Below, one piece after another: positions 61,223 to 64,000 of a DNA stretch of 64,000 nucleotides (within the stretch, counting starts at the first letter, position 1; every line of letters begins with the position of its first letter). The stretch comes from Aulosira sp. ZfuVER01 (lineage in GTDB: Bacteria; Cyanobacteriota; Cyanobacteriia; Cyanobacteriales; Nostocaceae), in contig JAVRCV020000049.1 in assembly GCA_034530615.2 (NCBI GenBank), positions 224,001 through 288,000 on the forward strand. The letters are read 5' to 3'. The notes below the pieces were generated by a model. The model was not told the DNA's origin and made no database searches. It saw nothing but the letters and a program-made list of their open reading frames with translations. The position numbers were made by a program, and so were the translations under genes.

Positions 61223-61547
61223 GCCACCTCGTAGACTCAGATTTCATATCGCTTCATCCCAGATATACTTGCAAAAACATTACCCATCCGTATAAAAACT
61301 GAGATTTGTCAAAATTTTTTGTCGAGTCTACTTTGGATTTAAGCCATAAACAGGCTGATATTAAGCTGATTACTTCACTAAGCAAACAGCCCTAGGAATT
61401 TACTAGCCAATTTATATAGGTTTATTTTTTACCAAACCAAAGCCCGGAAATGTAGGCGTCAGCCTTCCCGTAGGGGATGAAGTGAAGCAATGCCAAATCC
61501 TGGCGATCGCTTCATTTCATCCCAACGAGAACCACTAGATGACAATC

Positions 61548-62261
61548 TTAGGCTGCGAGTTTTTCCTCAAGTGGTTTAAAAGTCTTTTTGGTAGCACCGC
61601 AGATTGGACACTTCCAGTCATCAGGAATTTCTTCAAATGGCGTTCCCGGTGCAATACCAGAATCTGGATCGCCAGTAACGGGATCGTAAATCATACTACA
61701 TTGTCTGCAAATCCATTTACGAGTTTTGGGATCTTCACCTGCAACTCTAGTTGCTGCTTGTCCGCCGTTCAGGACTTCTAAAGCTTCAGCGTAGCGATCG
61801 GCGTGGTAATTTTCGATAAATTTTAGCAAGCCAAAACGATGTGCTGCTTCTCGAAATGTGTTGGCATGATCGGTAGATTCTTTAGCTTGCTTGAGGAATT
61901 CTTCCGCAGCAGAACTATCGCGATCTTGTTGAGCAGCAGCGGCAAACTCTGGATACATTGTAGTGTATTCATAAGTTTCACCTTCAATTGCCAATGATAA
62001 ACAACGAGATACAATTTCTCGCTTTTGTTCATCAGTTAAAGCTGATGGATCTTTGACAACTAATTCTGGATGGAGCAAAACAAAATGTGCAAAAGCGTGT
62101 TCTGTTTCTTGATCTGCTGTTTCTTTAAAAAGTTTCGCTAAGTCTGTAAACCCAAGTTTACGCGCCACTTCAGCAAAAAACAGATACTTCCGATTTGCCA
62201 TCGATTCACCACCGAAGGCAGCTTCTAAGTTTTGGAGTGTAGCAAAGTTAGACAAATCCAT
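61548..62261 (-). CDS. rbrA: Rubrerythrin with C-terminal rubredoxin domain
   Basis: AFGGESMANRKY, ETEHA, GETYE, then CRQC...IPDDWKCPICGA. Confidence 0.88.
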   Translation of the reverse strand: MDLSNFATLQNLEAAFGGESMANRKYLFFAEVARKLGFTDLAKLFKETADQETEHAFAHFVLLHPELVVKDPSALTDEQKREIVSRCLSLAIEGETYEYTTMYPEFAAAAQQDRDSSAAEEFLKQAKESTDHANTFREAAHRFGLLKFIENYHADRYAEALEVLNGGQAATRVAGEDPKTRKWICRQCSMIYDPVTGDPDSGIAPGTPFEEIPDDWKCPICGATKKTFKPLEEKLAA

Positions 62262-62526
62262 AATTGTTGGAGGCTGGAAACGTTATTTTTTGTTGGGAAA
62301 TACAGACTTTAAAACTGGGTAAAAGAGAATATACTCTAATGATTCAGAAACGTTTTATACAACGTTATTTATGCTACTTGAGCTACCCGTTTTGTTAGCC
62401 GTTCCAGGACAATTATAAAACTTAAAAGTTTTGTATTCGGCAAATTCTAGTTTTAATTTATTAGTGCTGATGTATTTGCCGATAATTAGGGATTCTCAGC
62501 AATATTTATGTAGTGATTAATAAAAA

Positions 62527-63594
62527 CTAATTGCGTTTTGGGGGAATTCCCCAAATCTTAATTTGTTTATCAAATCCACCACTAGCTAGCATTTGCCCAT
62601 TAGGGCTAAAAGCGATCGCGCTTACCCAATCTGTATGACTGTTGAGTGTAGCGATCAACTCACCTGTAGTCAAATTCCACAATTTAATCCCATCTTTCCC
62701 CGCACTAGCTAGGGTTTTGCCATCGGGGTTAACAGAAATCGCATTTACCCAGTTGTTATGTCCTGTGAGAGTGCGGACTAGTTCGCCAGTGTGAATATTC
62801 CAAATTTTAATTGTGCGATCGTGGCTAGCTGTAATGATGGTCTGTCCATCTGGGGTAAAAGCTACAGTACTAACTAGATCGTAATGTCCTACATATCCGC
62901 GAATTAATTTCCCTGTACTCAAGTTCCACAGTTTAACTACACCTTTATAGTCTCCACTAACTAGCGTTTGACCATCAGGACTAACTGCTAGGCTATAAAT
63001 CAAGTTATCAAAGCTGGCTAGAGTACCCAAAGGGCGCTGCTGTGGTAAATCCCATAAACGGATTCCATCTATAGCACCACTGATGAGCACCTTACTATCA
63101 GGGGATACAGCTAAAGATAGAACATTAGTACTATGACCGACAAAAGAGCGTTTAAATTTCTGATTTTTTAGGTTCCACAGATTAATTGTGTAATCGCTAC
63201 TACAGCTAGCGAGGGTTTCTCCATCTGGCGAAATCACCAAAGATGCTACAGCTGTTTTGTGTGCTTTACGAATAGTCCCCACCCGTTCGCCTTTTACCAG
63301 ATTCCACAAGCGAATTACACCCTCATTTTCCGCACCACCACTGGCAAGAATTTTGCTGTCTGGACTGAAAGCTAGGGATTTTACGGTTCCCCCATGTCCC
63401 TTAAGGGTGTAAATTAACTGAGGATTCGCAAAGTTGGTTCTAGCTTGTAAGTTTAGTGCTTCTTGAGCCGCATCAGCATTTTTAATCGAAAACCCTTCCC
63501 AGATTGTAACTGGAAGGGTAATAAAAGCCATAAATGCCAGGACAATATACGGGCGAAGCACAGAATAATTCCTAACCTTTTCCTCGCTCCTCAC
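62527..63594 (-). CDS. WD40 repeat protein with N-terminal hydrophobic segment
   Basis: Seven GH...SPDG...IKLW repeats. Confidence 0.92.
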   Translation of the reverse strand: MRSEEKVRNYSVLRPYIVLAFMAFITLPVTIWEGFSIKNADAAQEALNLQARTNFANPQLIYTLKGHGGTVKSLAFSPDSKILASGGAENEGVIRLWNLVKGERVGTIRKAHKTAVASLVISPDGETLASCSSDYTINLWNLKNQKFKRSFVGHSTNVLSLAVSPDSKVLISGAIDGIRLWDLPQQRPLGTLASFDNLIYSLAVSPDGQTLVSGDYKGVVKLWNLSTGKLIRGYVGHYDLVSTVAFTPDGQTIITASHDRTIKIWNIHTGELVRTLTGHNNWVNAISVNPDGKTLASAGKDGIKLWNLTTGELIATLNSHTDWVSAIAFSPNGQMLASGGFDKQIKIWGIPPKRN

Positions 63595-63796
63595 TGTTTT
63601 TTCTCATTTTGTAACGCCTGTTGCTACCCTACTCTACGTTCCGAGCAGCTGTCCTCAGGGCGTATACGGTTCTCTTGTGGGGTATGGCAGGTTTAGGCTG
63701 AGTTATAGAACCAACACAAAATACTTCACTTGGTAAAACTCCCAGTGAAGAACATCTAATCTGGCTCTAACTTCTGTAGTACTCAGTACTATGTTA

Positions 63797-63894
63797 GGGA
63801 CTTCCAGAAAACAAATTATCCATTTACTCAGATAATATTTTTCTTTCTCCCCCTGCCTACACCGCGATGGGATATTTTTTTAGTTGGAAGTCCC
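63797..63894. mobile_element. 98-bp MITE with TTA target duplication
   Basis: GGGACTTCCA and TGGAAGTCCC ends; TTA at 63794-63796 and 63895-63897. Confidence 0.75.
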
Positions 63895-63999
63895 TTAGTG
63901 GGGTGGTTTTTTCTTGGTCACAGTTAGCATCGGTAAAGTTGGACTCGAAGAACGCGATGGTAAGTAATGTTGTACCACAGGCTCCTCTTCTGGTAAGGG
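63895..63999 (-). CDS. Possible 3' end of a gene starting beyond the window
   Basis: Open frame PLPEEEPVVQHYLPSRSSSPTLPMLTVTKKKPPH-TAA. Confidence 0.4.
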   Translation of the reverse strand, partial: PLPEEEPVVQHYLPSRSSSPTLPMLTVTKKKPPH

Positions 64000-64000
64000 A

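Overview
AT-rich chromosomal DNA from a heterocyst-forming (Nostocales-like) cyanobacterium. This is inferred from the very frequent HIP1 octamer GCGATCGC, 7-9 nt tandem repeats, an NtcA-type promoter and the gene content. Left part: two glycosyltransferases, spp-ruvA-bioF, yjcH-actP, and the urea transporter urtABCDE interrupted by a palindrome-flanked GxxExxY gene. Centre (21.8-34.0 kb, minus strand): a contractile injection system (CIS) operon with tube, tube initiator, VgrG-like spike, PAAR, gp25, baseplate and tail proteins, a 980-aa repeat protein with tape-measure-like motifs and a DUF4159 fusion. No sheath, cap or ATPase gene is recognisable in the window. Right part: a CysR-like Crp regulator preceded by a Cys-rich upstream ORF with attenuator-like hairpins, a cytochrome b/molybdoenzyme pair, a pyrF-pyrE fusion, an FHA-GGDEF-EAL protein, a general-stress cluster, a low-oxygen tetrapyrrole operon (heme oxygenase-hemN-bchE), rubrerythrin and a WD40 protein. 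Intergenic DNA holds many miniature elements: MITEs with target duplications, an ISDra2-like IS200/IS605 miniature, an IS630 remnant next to a duplicated bioF 3' end, and HIP1-inserted repeats. No CRISPR array, tRNA or rRNA was seen. All family assignments come from motif recognition by eye, not database searches.
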